Below are positions 52,940 through 64,000 of a stretch of 64,000 nt of DNA, piece after piece (position 1 is the first letter of the stretch; every line of letters starts with the position of its first letter). The DNA is from Eledone cirrhosa (lineage: Eukaryota), in the NCBI GenBank assembly GCA_964016885.1, contig OZ024741.1:7874001-7938000 (forward strand), given 5' to 3'. The notes under the pieces are model-generated. The model saw only the letters and a program-made list of their open reading frames with translations, had not been told where the DNA came from and made no database searches. Position numbers and translations under genes: made by a program.

Positions 52940-55860
52940 CTAGACAGTTCTAAAGTTCCAGTGTCACCCTAGACAGGTTTAAAGTTCCAGTGTTACCCCA
53001 GACCGTTCTAAAGTTCCAGTGTTAACCTAGACAGTGGTAAAGATCCAGTGTTAACCTAGATAGTTGTAAAGTTCTAGTGTTACCCTAGACAGTTCTAAAG
53101 TTCCAGTGTTACCATATACAGTGGTAAAGTCCCAGTGTTACCCTAGACAGTTCTAAAGTTCCAGTGTTAACCTAGACAGTTCTAAAGTTCCAGTGTTACC
53201 CAAGATAGTGGTAAAGTTCCAGTGTTATCCTAGACAGTTCTAAAGTTCCAGTGTTACCCTAGACTATTGTAAAGTTCCAGCGTTACCCTAGTCAGTTGTA
53301 AAGTTCCAGTGTTACTCTAGATAATTGTAAAGTTCCAGTGTTACCCTAGACAGTTGTAAAGTTCCAGTGTTACCCTAGACAGTTCTAAAGTTCCAGTGTT
53401 AGCCTAGACAATTGTAAAGTTCCAGTGTTACCCTAGACAGTGGTAATGTTCCAGTGTTACCCTAGACAGTCGTAAACTTCCAGTGTTAACCTAGACAGTT
53501 GTAAAATTCCAGTGTTACCCTAGACAGTCGTAAAGTTCCAGTGTTACCCTAGACAGTTCTAAAGTTCCAGTGTTACCATATACAGTGGCAAAGTTCCAGT
53601 GTTGCCCTAGACAGTGGTAAAGTTCCAGTGTTACCCTAGTCAGTGGTAAAGTTCCAGTGTTACCCTAAACAGTTCTAAAGTTCCAGTGTTACCCTAGACA
53701 GTTGTAAAGTTCCAGTGTTACCCTAGACAGTGGTAAAGTTCCTGTGTTACCCTAGACAACTCTAAAGTTCCGGTGCTACCCTAGACAGTTCTAAAGTTCC
53801 AGTGTTATCCTAGACAGTGGTAAAGTTGCAGTGTTACCCTAGATAGTTGTAAAGTTCCAGTGTTACCCTAGACAGTTGTAAAGTTCCAGTGTTGCCCTAA
53901 ACAGAGTTAATGTTCCAGTGTTACCCTAGACAGTGGTAAAGTTCCATTGTTACCCTAGTCAGTGGTAAAGTTCCAGTGTTACCCTAGACAGTTCTAAAGT
54001 TCCAGTGTTACCCTAGACAGTTGTAAAATTCCAGTGTTACCCTAGACAGTGGTAAAGTTCCAGTGTTACCCTAGACAGTGGTAAATTTCCAGTGTTACCC
54101 TAGACAGTATTAACGTGCCAGTGTTACCCTATTCAGTGGTAAAGTTCCAGTGTTACCCTAGACCGTTCTAAAGTTCCAGTGTTACCCTAGACAGTGGTAA
54201 AGTTCCAGTGTTTCCCTAGACAGTGGTAAAGTTCAATTGTTACGCTAGACAGTGGTAAAGTTCCAGTGTTACTCTAGACAGTTCTAATGTTCCAGTGTTA
54301 CCCTAGACAGTTCTAAAGTTCCAGTGTCACCCTAGACAGGTTTAAATTTCCAGTGTTACCCCAGACCGTTCTAAAGTTCCAGTGTTAACCTAGACAGTGG
54401 TAAAGATCCAGTGTTAACCTAGATAGTTGTAAAGTTCTAGTGTTACCCTAGACAGTTCTCAAGTTCCAGTGTTATCCTAGACAATTGTAAATTTCTAGTG
54501 TTACCCTAGACAGTTCTAAAGTTCAAGTGTTACTTTTGATAGTGGTTAAGTTCCAGTGTTACCCTAGACAATCGTAAAGTTCCAGTGTTACCCTAGACAG
54601 TTCTAAAGTTCCAGTGTTACCCTAGACAGTCGTAAAGTTCCAGTGTTACCCTAGACAGTTCTAAAGTTCCAGTGTTACCATATACAGTGGTAAAGTCCCA
54701 GTGTTACCCTAGACAGTTCTAAAGTTCCAGTGTTAACCTAGACAGTTCTAAAGTTCCAGTGTTACCCAAGATAGTGGTAAAGTTCCAGTGTTACCCTAGA
54801 CAGTTCTAAAGTTCCAGTGTTACCCTAGACTATTGTAAAGTTCCAGCGTTACCCTAGTCAGTTGTAAAGTTCCAGTGTTACTCTAGATAATTGTAAAGTT
54901 CCAGTGTTACCCTAGACAGTTGTAAAGTTCCAGTGTTACCCTAGACAGTTCTAAAGTTCCAGTGTTACCCTAGACAATTGTAAAGTTCCAGTGTTACCCT
55001 AGACAGTGGTAATGTTCCAGTGTTACCCTAGACAGTCGTAAACTTCCAGTGTTAACCTAGACAGTTGTAAAATTCCAGTGTTACCCTAGACAGTCGTAAA
55101 GTTCCAGTGTTACCCTAGACAGTTCTAAAGTTCCAGTGTTACCATATACAGTGGCAAAGTTGCAGTGTTGCCCTAGACAGTGGTAAAGTTCCAGTGTTAC
55201 CCTAGTCAGTGGTAAAGTTCCAGTGTTACCCTAAACAGTTCTAAAGTTCCAGTGTTACCCTAGACAGTTGTAAAGTTCCAGTGTTACCCTAGACAGTGGT
55301 AAAGTTCCTGTGTTACCCTAGACAGCTCTAAAGTTCCGGTGCTACCCTAGACAGTTCTAAAGTTCCAGTGTTATCCTAGACAGTGGTAAAGTTGCAGTGT
55401 TACCCTAGATAGTTGTAAAGTTCCAGTGTTACCCTAGACAGTTGTAAAGTTCCAGTGTTGCCCTAAACAGAGTTAATGTTCCAGTGTTACCCTAGACAGT
55501 GGTAAAGTTCCATTGTTACCCTAGTCAGTGGTAAAGTTCCAGTGTTACCCTAGACAGTTCTAAAGTTCCAGTGTTACCCTAGACAGTTGTAAAATTCCAG
55601 TGTTACCCTAGACAGTGGTAAAGTTCCAGTGTTACCCTAGACAGTGGTAAATTTCCAGTGTTACCCTAGACAGTATTAACGTGCCAGTGTTACCCTATTC
55701 AGTGGTAAAGTTCCAGTGTTACCCTAGACCGTTCTAAAGTTCCAGTGTTACCCTAGACAGTGGTAAAGTTCCAGTGTTTCCCTAGACAGTGGTAAAGTTC
55801 AATTGTTACGCTAGACAGTGGTAAAGTTCCAGTGTTACTCTAGACAGTTCTAATGTTCCA
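52940..55860 (+). repeat. Tandem duplication of an about 1.36-1.57-kb block (47 versus 54 monomers)
   Basis: GGTTTAAA at 52976/54339 (1363 = 47x29); the GTCCCAG variant at 53131/54697 and TAACGTGCCA at 54111/55677 (both 1566 = 54x29). Confidence 0.87.
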
Positions 55861-58800
55861 GTGTTTCCCTAGACAGTTCTAAAGTTCAAGTGTTACTCTT
55901 GACAGTGGTAAAGTTCCAGTGTTACCCTAGACAGTCGTAAAGTACCAGTGTTACCCTAGACAGTCGTAAATTTCCAGTGTAACCCTAGACAGTTGTAAAT
56001 TTCCAGTGTTACCCTAGGCAGTGTTAAAATTCCAGTGTTACCCTAGACAGTGGTAAATTTCCAGTGTTACCCTAGAAAGTTGTAAAGTTCCAGTGTTACC
56101 CTAGACAGTTCTAAAGTTCCAGTGTTACCCTAGACAGTTCTAAAATTCCAGTTTTACCCTAGGTAGTGGTAAAGTTGCAGTGTTAACCTAGACAGTTGTA
56201 AAGTTCCAGTGTTACCCTAGACAGTTCTAAAGTTCCAGTGTTACCCTAGACAGTGGTAAAGTTCCAGTGTTACTCTAGACAGTGGTAAAGTTCCAGTGTT
56301 ACCCTAGATAGTTCTAAAGTTCCAGTGTTACCCTAGAGAGTGGTAAAGTTCCAGTGTTACCCTACACTAGACAGTTGTAAAGCTCCAGTGTTACCCTAGA
56401 CTAGACAATTGCAAAGTTCCAGTGTTACCCTAAACAATGGTAAGTTTCAGTGTTACCCTAGACAGTGTTAAAGTTCCAGTATTACCCCAGACAGTGGTAA
56501 AGTTCCAGTGTTACCCTAGACAGTTCTAAAGTTCCAGAGTTACCCTAGACAGTTGTAAAGTTCCAGTGTTACCCTAGACAGTTGTGAAGTACCACTGTTA
56601 CCCTAAACAGTTGTGAAGTTCCAGTGTTATCCTATCCAGTGGTAAAATTCCAGTGTTACCCTAGACAGTTGTAAAGTTCCAGTGTTACCCTAGACAGTTT
56701 TAAAGTTTCAGTGTTAGCCTAGACAATGGTAAAGTTCCAGTCTTACCCTAGACAGTCGTAAATTACCAGTGTTACCCTAGACAGTTCTAAAGTTCCAGTG
56801 TTACCCTAGACAGTTCTAAAGTTGCAGCGTTACCCTAGACAGTGGTAAATTTCCAGTGTTACCCTAGACAGTTCTAAAGTTCCAGTGTTACCCTAGACAG
56901 TGGTAAAGTTCCACTGTTACCCTAGACAGTTCTAAAGTTCCAGTGTTATCCTAGACAATTGTTAAGTTCCAGTGTTACCCTAGACAGTGGTAATGTTCCA
57001 GTGTTACCCTAGACAGTCGTAAACTTCCAGTGTTAACCTAGACAGTTGTAAAATTCCAGTGTTACCCTAGACAGTCGTAAAGTTCCAGTGTTACCCTAGA
57101 CAGTTGTAAAGTTCCAGTGTTACCATATACAGTGATAAAGTTCCAGTTTTACCCTAGACAGTGGTAAATTTCCAGTGTTACCCTAGACAGTATTAAAGTT
57201 TCAGTGTTACCCTATTCAGTGGTAAAGTTCCAGTGTTACCCTAGACCGTTCTAAAGTTCCAGTGTTACCCTAGACAGTGGTAAAGATCCAGTGTAAACCT
57301 AGACAGTTCTAAAGTTCCAGTGTTACCCTAGACAGTGTTAAAGTTCCAGTGTTACCCTAGACAGTGGTAAAGTTCCAGTGTTACCCTAGACAGTTCTAAA
57401 ATTCCAGTGTTACCCTAGACAGTTGTAAAGTTCCAGTGTTGCACTAGACAGTGTTAAAGTTCCAGTGTTACCCTACACTAGACAGTTGTAAAGCTCCAGT
57501 GTTACCCTAGACTAGACGATTGTAAAGTTCCAGTAATACCCTAAACAATGGTAAGTTTCAGTGTTACCCTAGACAGTGGTAAAGTTCCAGTATAACCCTA
57601 GACAGTGGTAAAGTTCCAGTGTTACCCTAGACAGTTCTAAAGTTCCAGTGTTACCCTAGACAGTTGTAAAGTTCCAGTGTTACCCTAGACAATGGTAAAA
57701 TTCCAGTGTTACCTTAGACAGTGGTAAAGTACCAGTGTTATACTAGACAGTGGTAAACTTCCAGTGTTACCCTAGACAGTTGTAAAGTTGCAGTGTTAAA
57801 ATACACAGTTTTAAAGTTTCAGTGTTACCCTAGACAATGGTAAAGTTCCAGTCTTACCCTAGACAGTCGTAAAGTACCAGTGTTACCCTAGTCAGTTCTA
57901 AAGCTCCAGTGTTACCCTAGACAGTTCTAAAGTTCCAGTGTTACCCTACTCAGTGGTAAAGTTCCAGTGTTACCCTATCAAGTGGTAAATATCCAGTGTT
58001 ACCCTAGACAGTGGTAAAGTTCCAGTGTTACCCTAACAATTGTAAAGTTCCAGTGTTACCCTAGACAGTGGTAATGTTCCAGTGTTACCCTAGACAGTCG
58101 TAAAGTTCCAGTGTTACCCTAGCCAGTTCTAAAGTTCCAGTGTTACCATATACAGTGGTAAAGTTCCAGTGTTACCCTAGACAGTGGTAAAGTTCCAGCG
58201 TTACCCTAGACAGTTGTAAAGTTCCAGTGTTACCCTAGACAGTGGTAAAGTTCGATTGTTACGCTAGACAGTGGTAAAGTTCCAGTGTTACTCTAGACAG
58301 TTCTAATGTTCCAGTGTTACCCTAGACAGTTCTAAAGTTCAAGTGTTACTCTTGACAGTGGTAAAGTTCCAGTGTTACCCTAGACAGTCGTAAATTTCCA
58401 GTGTAACCCTAGACAGTTCTAAAGTTCCAGTGTTACCCTAGACAGTTGTAAAGTTCCAGTGTTACCCTAGACAGTCGTAAATTTCCAGTGTAACCCTAGA
58501 CAGTTCTAAAGTTCCAGTGTTACCCTAGACAGTTGTAAAGTTCCAGTGTTACCCTAGACAGTTCTAAAGTTCCAGTGTTACCCTAGACAGTGGTAAAGTT
58601 CCAGTGTTACCCTAGACAGTTCTAAAGTTCCAGTGTTACCCTAGACAATTGTTAAGTTCCAGTGTTACCCTAGACAGTGGTAATGTTCCAGTGTTACCCT
58701 AGACAGTCGTAAACTTCCAGTGTTAACCTAGACAGTTGTAAAATTCCAGTGTTACCCTAGACAGTCGTAAAGTTCCAGTGTTACCCTAGACAGTTGTAAA

Positions 58801-60559
58801 GTTCCAGTGTTACCATATACAGTGATAAAGTTCCAGTGTTACACTAGACAGTGGTAAAGTTCCAGTTTTACCCTAGACAGTGGTAAAGTTCCAGTGTTAC
58901 CCTAGACAGTGGTAAAGTTCCAGTGTTACCCTAGACAGTTTTAAAGTTTCAGTGTTACCCTAGACAATGGTAAAGTTCCAGTCTTACCCTAGACATTCGT
59001 AAAGTACCAGTGTTACTCTAGTCAGTTCTAAAGTTTCAGTGTTACCCTAGACAGTTCTAAAGTTCCAGTGTTACCCTAGACAGTGGTAAAGTTCCAGTGT
59101 TACCCTAGACAGTGGTAAAGTTCCAGTATTTCCCTAGACAGTGGTAAAGTTCCAGTGTTACCCTAGACAATTGTAAAGTTCCAGTGTTACCCTAGACAGT
59201 GGTAATGTTCCAGTGTTACCCTAGACAGTCGTAAAGTTCCAGTGTTACCCTAGACAGTTCTAAAGTTCCAGTGATACCCTAGACGATTGTAAAGTTCCAG
59301 CGTTACCCTAGTCAGTTGTAAATTTCCAGTGTTACTCTAGACAGTTCCAATGTTCCAGTGTTACCCTAGACAGTTCTAAATTTCAAGTGTTACTCTTGAC
59401 AGTGGTAAAGTTCCAGTGTTACCCTAGACAGTCGTAAATTTCCAGAGTAACCCTAGACTGTTCTAAAGTTCCAGTGTTACCCTAGACGGTTGTAAATTTC
59501 CAGTGTTACCCTTGACAGTGTTAAAATTCCAGTGTTAACCTAGACAGTTCTAATGTTCCAGTGTTACCCTAGACAGTTCTAAAGTTCCAGTGTTCCCCTA
59601 GACAATTCTAAAGTTCCAGTTTTACCATATACAATGGTAAAGTTCCAGTGTTACCCTAGACAGTGGTAAAGTTCCAGTGTTACGCTAGACAGTGGTAAAG
59701 TTCCAGTGTTACCCTAGACAGTTCTAAAGTTCCAGTGTTACCCTAGACGATTGTAAAATTCCAGCGTTACCCTAGTCAGTTGTAAAGTTCCAGTGTTACT
59801 CTAGACAGTTCTAATGTTCCAGTGTTACCCTAGACAGTTCTAAAGTTCAAGTGTTACTCTCGACAGTGGTAAAGTTCCAGTGTTACCCTAGACAGTCGTA
59901 AAGTTCCAGTGTAACCCTAGACAGTTCTAAAGTTCCAGTGTTACCCTAGACAGTTGTAAAGTTCCAGTGTTACCCTAGACAGTTGTGAAGTACCACTGTT
60001 ACCCTAGACAGTTGTGAAGTACCAGTGTTTCCCTAGACAGTTTTAAAATTTAAGTGTTACCCTAGACAATGGTAAAGTTCCAGTCTTACCCTAGACAGTC
60101 GTAAATTACCAGTGTTACCCTAGTCAGTTCTAAAGTTCCAGTGTTACCCTAGACAATTCTAAAGTTCCAGTGTTACCCTAGACAGTGGTAAAGTTCCAGT
60201 GTTACCCTGGACAGTTCTAAAGTTCCAGTGTTACCCTAGACAGTTCTAAAGTTCCAGTGTTACCCTAGACAATTGTAAAGTTCCAGTGTTACCCTAGACA
60301 GTGGCAATGTTCCAGTGTTACCCTAGACAGTCGTAAACTTCCAGTGTTAACCTAGACAGTTGTAAAATTCCAGTGTTACCCTAGACAGTCGTAAAGTTCC
60401 AGTGTTACCCTAGACAGTTGTAAAGTTCCAGTGTTACCATATACAGTGGTAAAGTTCCAGTGTTACCCTAGACAGTGGTAAAGTTCCAGTTTTACCCTAG
60501 ACAGTGGTAAATTCCAGTGTTACCCTAGACAGTGGTAAAGTTCCAGTGTTACCCTAGAC

Positions 60560-62410
60560 AGTTGTAAACTTCCAGTGTTACCCTAGACAGTTGTGAAGTA
60601 CCACTGTTACCATAAACAGTTGTGAAGTTCCAGTGTTATCCTATCCAGTGGTAAACTTCCAGTGTTACCCTAGACAGTTGTAAAGTTCCAGTGTTACCCT
60701 AGACAGTTTTAAAGTTTCAGTGTTACCCTAGACAATGGAAAAGTTCCAGTCTTACCCTAGACAGTCGTAAATTACCAGTGCTACCCTAGACAGTTCTAAA
60801 GTTCCAGTGTTACCCTAGACAGTTCTAAAGTTCCAGTGTTACCCAAGACAGTGGTAAATTTCCAGTGTTACCCTAGACAGTTCTAAAGTTCCAGTGTTAC
60901 CCTAGACAGTGGTAAAGTTCCAGTGTTACCCTAGACAGTTCTAAAGTTCCAGTGTTATCCTAGACAATTGTTAAGTTCCAGTGTTACCCTAGACAGTGGT
61001 AATGTTCCAGTGTTACCCTAGACAGTCGTAAACTTCCAGTGTTAACCTAGACAGTTGTAAAATTCCAGTGTTACCCTAGACAGTCGTAAAGTTCCAGTGT
61101 TACCCTAGACAGTTGTAAAGTTCCAGTGTTACCATATACAGTGATAAAGTTCCAGTGTTACCCTAGACAGTGGTAAAGTTCCAGTTTTACCCTAGACAGT
61201 GGTAAAGTTCCAGTGTTGCCCTAGACAGTGGTAAATTTCCAGTGTTACCCTAGACAGTATTAAAGTTCCAGTGTTACCCTATTCAGTGGTAAAGTTCCAG
61301 TGTTACCCTAGACCGTTCTAAAGTTCCAGTGTTACCCTAGACAGTGGTAAAGATCCAGTGTAAACCTAGACAGTTCTAAAGTTCCAGTGTTACCCTAGAC
61401 AGTGGTAAAGTTCCAGTGTTACCCTAGACAGTGGTAAAGTTCCAGTGTTACCCTAGACAGTTCTAAAATTCCAGTGTTACCCTAGACAGTTGTAAAGTTC
61501 CAGTGTTGCACTAGACAGTGTTAAAGTTCCAGTGTTACCCTACACTAGACAGTTGTAAAGCTCCAGTGTTACCCTAGACTAGACAATTGTAAAGTTCCAG
61601 TAATACCCTAAACAATGGTAAGTTTCAGTGTTACCCTAGACAGTGGTAAAGTTCCAGTATAACCCTAGACAGTGGTAAAGTTCCAGTGTTACCCTAGACA
61701 GTTCTAAAGTTCCAGTGTTACCCTAGACAGTTGTAAAGTTCCAGTGTTACCCTAGGCAATGGTAAAGTTCCAGTGTTCCCTTAGACAGTGGTAAAGTACC
61801 AGTGTTATCCTAGACAGTGGTAAACTTCCAGTGTTACCCTAGACAGTTGTAATGTTGCAATGTTAAAATACACAGTTTTAAAGTTTCAGTGTTACCCTAG
61901 ACAATGGTAAAGTTCCAGTCTTACCCTAGACAGTCGTAAAGTACCAGTGTTACCCTAGTCAGTTCTAAAGTTCCAGTGTTGCCCTAGACAGTTCTAAAGT
62001 TCCAGTGTTACCCTACTCAGTGGTAAAGTTCCAGTGTTACCCTATCAAGTGGTAAAGTTCCAGTGTTACCCTAGACAGTGGTAAAGTTCCAGTGTTACCC
62101 TAACAATTGTAAATTTCCAGTGTTACCCTAGACAGTGGTAATATTCCAGTGTTACCCTAGACAGTCGTAAAGTTCCAGTGTTACCCTAGCCAGTTCTAAA
62201 GTTCCAGTGTTACCATATACAGTGGTAAAGTTCCAGTGTTACCCTAGACAGTGGTAAAGTTCCAGTGTTACCCTAGACAGTGGTAAAGTTCCAGTGTTAC
62301 CCTAGACAGTGGTAAAGTTCGATTGTTACGCTAGACAGTGGTAAAGTTCCAGTGATACTCTAGACAGTTCTAATGTTCCAGTGTTACCCTAGACAGTTCT
62401 AAAGTTCAAG
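60560..62410 (+). repeat. Higher-order copy of about 56550-58350 (offset 4009, then 4067 bp)
   Basis: CTATCCAGTGG at 56632/60641; TACACTAGAC at 57474/61541; ATACACAGTTTT at 57801/61868. Confidence 0.83.
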
Positions 62411-62899
62411 TGTTACCCTAGACAGTCGTAAACTTCCAGTGTTAACCTAGACAGTTGTAAAATTCCAGTGTTACCCTAGACAGTCGTAAAGTTCCAGTGT
62501 TACCCTAGACAGTTGTAAAGTTCCAGTGTTACCATATACAGTGATAAAGTTCCAGTGTTACCCTAGACAGTGGTAAAGTTTCAGTTTTACCCTAGACAGT
62601 GGTAAAGTTCCAGTGTTACCCTAGACAGTGGTAAAGTTCCAGTGTTACCCTAGACAGTTTTAAAGTTTCAGTGTTACCCTAGACAATGGTAAAGTTCCAG
62701 TCTTACCCTAGACATTCGTAAAGTACCAGTGTTACCCTAGTCAGTTCTAAAGTTTCAGTGTTACCCTAGACAGTTCTAAAGTTCCAGTGTTACCCTAGAC
62801 AGTTCTAAAGTTCCAGTGTTATCCTAGACAATTGTTAAGTTCCAGTGTTACCCTAGACAGTGGTAATGTTCCAGTGTTACCCTAGACAGTCGTAAACTT

Positions 62900-64000
62900 C
62901 CAGTGTTACCCTAGACAGTTCTAAAGTTCAAGTGTTACTCTCGACAGTGGTAAAGTTCCAGTGTTACCCTAGACAGTCGTAAAGTTCCAGTGTAACCCTA
63001 GACAGTTCTAAAGTTCCAGTGTTACCCTAGACAGTTGTAAAGTTCCAGTGTTACCCTAGACAGTTGTGAAGTACCACTGTTAACCTAGACAGTTGTGAAG
63101 TACCAGTGTTTCCCTAGACAGTTTTAAAATTTAAGTGTTACCCTAGACAATGGTAAAGTTCCAGTCTTACCCTAGACAGTCGTAAATTACCAGTGTTACC
63201 CTAGTCAGTTCTAAAGTTCCAGTGTTACCCTAGACAATTCTAAAGTTCCAGTGTTACCCTAGACAGTGGTAAAGTTCCAGTGTTACCCTGGACAGTTCTA
63301 AAGTTCCAGTGTTACCCTAGACAGTTCTAAAGTTCCAGTGTTACCCTAGACAATTGTAAAGTTCCAGTGTTACCCTAGACAGTGGCAATGTTCCAGTGTT
63401 ACCCTAGACAGTCGTAAACTTCCAGTGTTAACCTAGACAGTTGTAAAATTCCAGTGTTACCCTATAAAGTCGTAAAGTTCCAGTGTTACCCTAGACAGTT
63501 GTAAAGTTCCAGTGTTACCATATACAGTGGTAAAGTTCCAGTGTTACCCTAGACAGTGGTAAAGTTCCAGTTTTACCCTAGACAGTGGTAAATTCCAGTG
63601 TTACCCTAGACAGTGGTAAAGTTCCAGTGTTACCCTAGACAGTTGTAAACTTCCAGTGTTACCCTAGACAGTTGTGAAGTACCACTGTTACCATAAACAG
63701 TTGTGAAGTTCCAGTGTTATCCTATCCAGTGGTAAACTTCCAGTGTTACCCTAGACAGTTGTAAAGTTCCAGTGTTACCCTAGACAGTTTTAAAGTTTCA
63801 GTGTTACCCTAGACAATGGAAAAGTTCCAGTCTTACCCTAGACAGTCGTAAATTACCAGTGCTACCCTAGACAGTTCTAAAGTTCCAGTGTTACCCTAGA
63901 CAGTTCTAAAGTTCCAGTGTTACCCAAGACAGTGGTAAATTTCCAGTGTTACCCTAGACAGTTCTAAAGTTCCAGTGTTACCCTAGACAGTGGTAAAGTT
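62900..64000 (+). repeat. Higher-order copy of about 59820-60920 (offset 3081 bp), truncated by the window end
   Basis: The CTCTCGACAG variant at 59861/62942; TTTTAAAATTTAAG at 60041/63122; CTATCCAG at 60641/63722. Confidence 0.87.

Larger units (their letters stand above)
1..64000. repeat. 29-bp tandem satellite/minisatellite array, about 2,200 monomers, single orientation, extends beyond both window edges
   Basis: Monomer TTCCAGTGTTACCCTAGACAGTGGTAAAG (29 nt) and close variants repeat without intervening unique DNA from base 1 to 64000. Most copies differ from consensus by only a few substitutions, with occasional 27-34 bp length variants. Confidence 0.99.

Noticed and set aside
1-64000. 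CRISPR array: 29-bp unit which, rotated to GTTCCAGTGTTACCCTAGACAGTGGTAAA, starts GTT, ends AAA, is weakly palindromic and loosely resembles type I-F repeats
   Set aside because: Monomers abut directly with no unique spacers, the variation is substitutions within the unit, and there is no leader or cas gene in 64 kb.
1-64000. Giant repetitive protein-coding ORF on either strand
   Set aside because: Each consensus monomer has TAG and TAA on the plus strand (CCTAGA, GTAAAG) and on the minus strand (TCTAGG, GGTAAC). The 29-bp period rotates these through all frames, so every frame closes within about three monomers.
1-64000. Integron attC array or recombination-site array (GTT-containing cores, imperfect inverted repeats)
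   Set aside because: No cassettes or ORFs lie between units, the units are much shorter than attC sites, and no integrase is present.
1-64000. G-quadruplex array on the minus strand
   Set aside because: There is only one GGG tract per 29 bp, with 26-nt gaps, which does not fit a canonical G4 motif.
1-64000. Variant string as an information-storing or diversity-generating system (DGR, shufflon or antigenic cassette type)
   Set aside because: Variant patterns are copied in long colinear blocks, as expected from ordinary satellite turnover. No reverse transcriptase, recombinase, target gene or inversion is present, and I saw no adenine-specific mutation bias.
1-64000. Synthetic concatemer or rolling-circle sequencing artefact
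   Set aside because: The same rare multi-base variants recur in colinear order at kb-scale offsets, which random sequencing error would not produce. Local misassembly of individual duplications remains possible.
1-64000. Embedded transposon, tRNA/rRNA fragment or strand inversion
   Set aside because: On reading through, every stretch aligns to the 29-bp consensus in the same orientation. I saw no run of reverse-complement monomers or non-repeat island, though a very short one could be missed by eye.

Overview
The whole 64 kb window is one uninterrupted head-to-tail tandem array of a 29-bp monomer, about 2,200 copies (64000/29). The consensus is TTCCAGTGTTACCCTAGACAGT[GG/TG/TC/CG]TAAAG, about 41-45% GC, and it runs off both window ends. 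I saw no unique sequence, inversion, transposon insertion, RNA gene or plausible ORF: TAG and TAA occur in each monomer on both strands, and because 29 is not a multiple of 3 they cycle through all six frames. There are no spacers, so it is not a CRISPR array. It is best described as satellite/minisatellite DNA, probably eukaryotic heterochromatin (inference); I do not recognise the family or organism. The interest is in its internal architecture: (1) the monomer looks like a diverged dimer of a 14/15-bp unit; (2) a four-state dinucleotide and rare variants act as a barcode that reveals nested kb-scale duplications (offsets 1217, 1333, 1566, about 2040-2190, 2663, 2880, 3081, 3971, 4067 and about 6914 bp); (3) one ordered multi-monomer cassette recurs across the whole window; (4) there are regional variant domains with an interdigitated boundary near 43-44.6 kb; (5) several recurrent variants perfect latent hairpins in the monomer. 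I found no evidence of a novel gene-encoded system. Offsets come from hand-located marker variants, and block edges are approximate to a few monomers.
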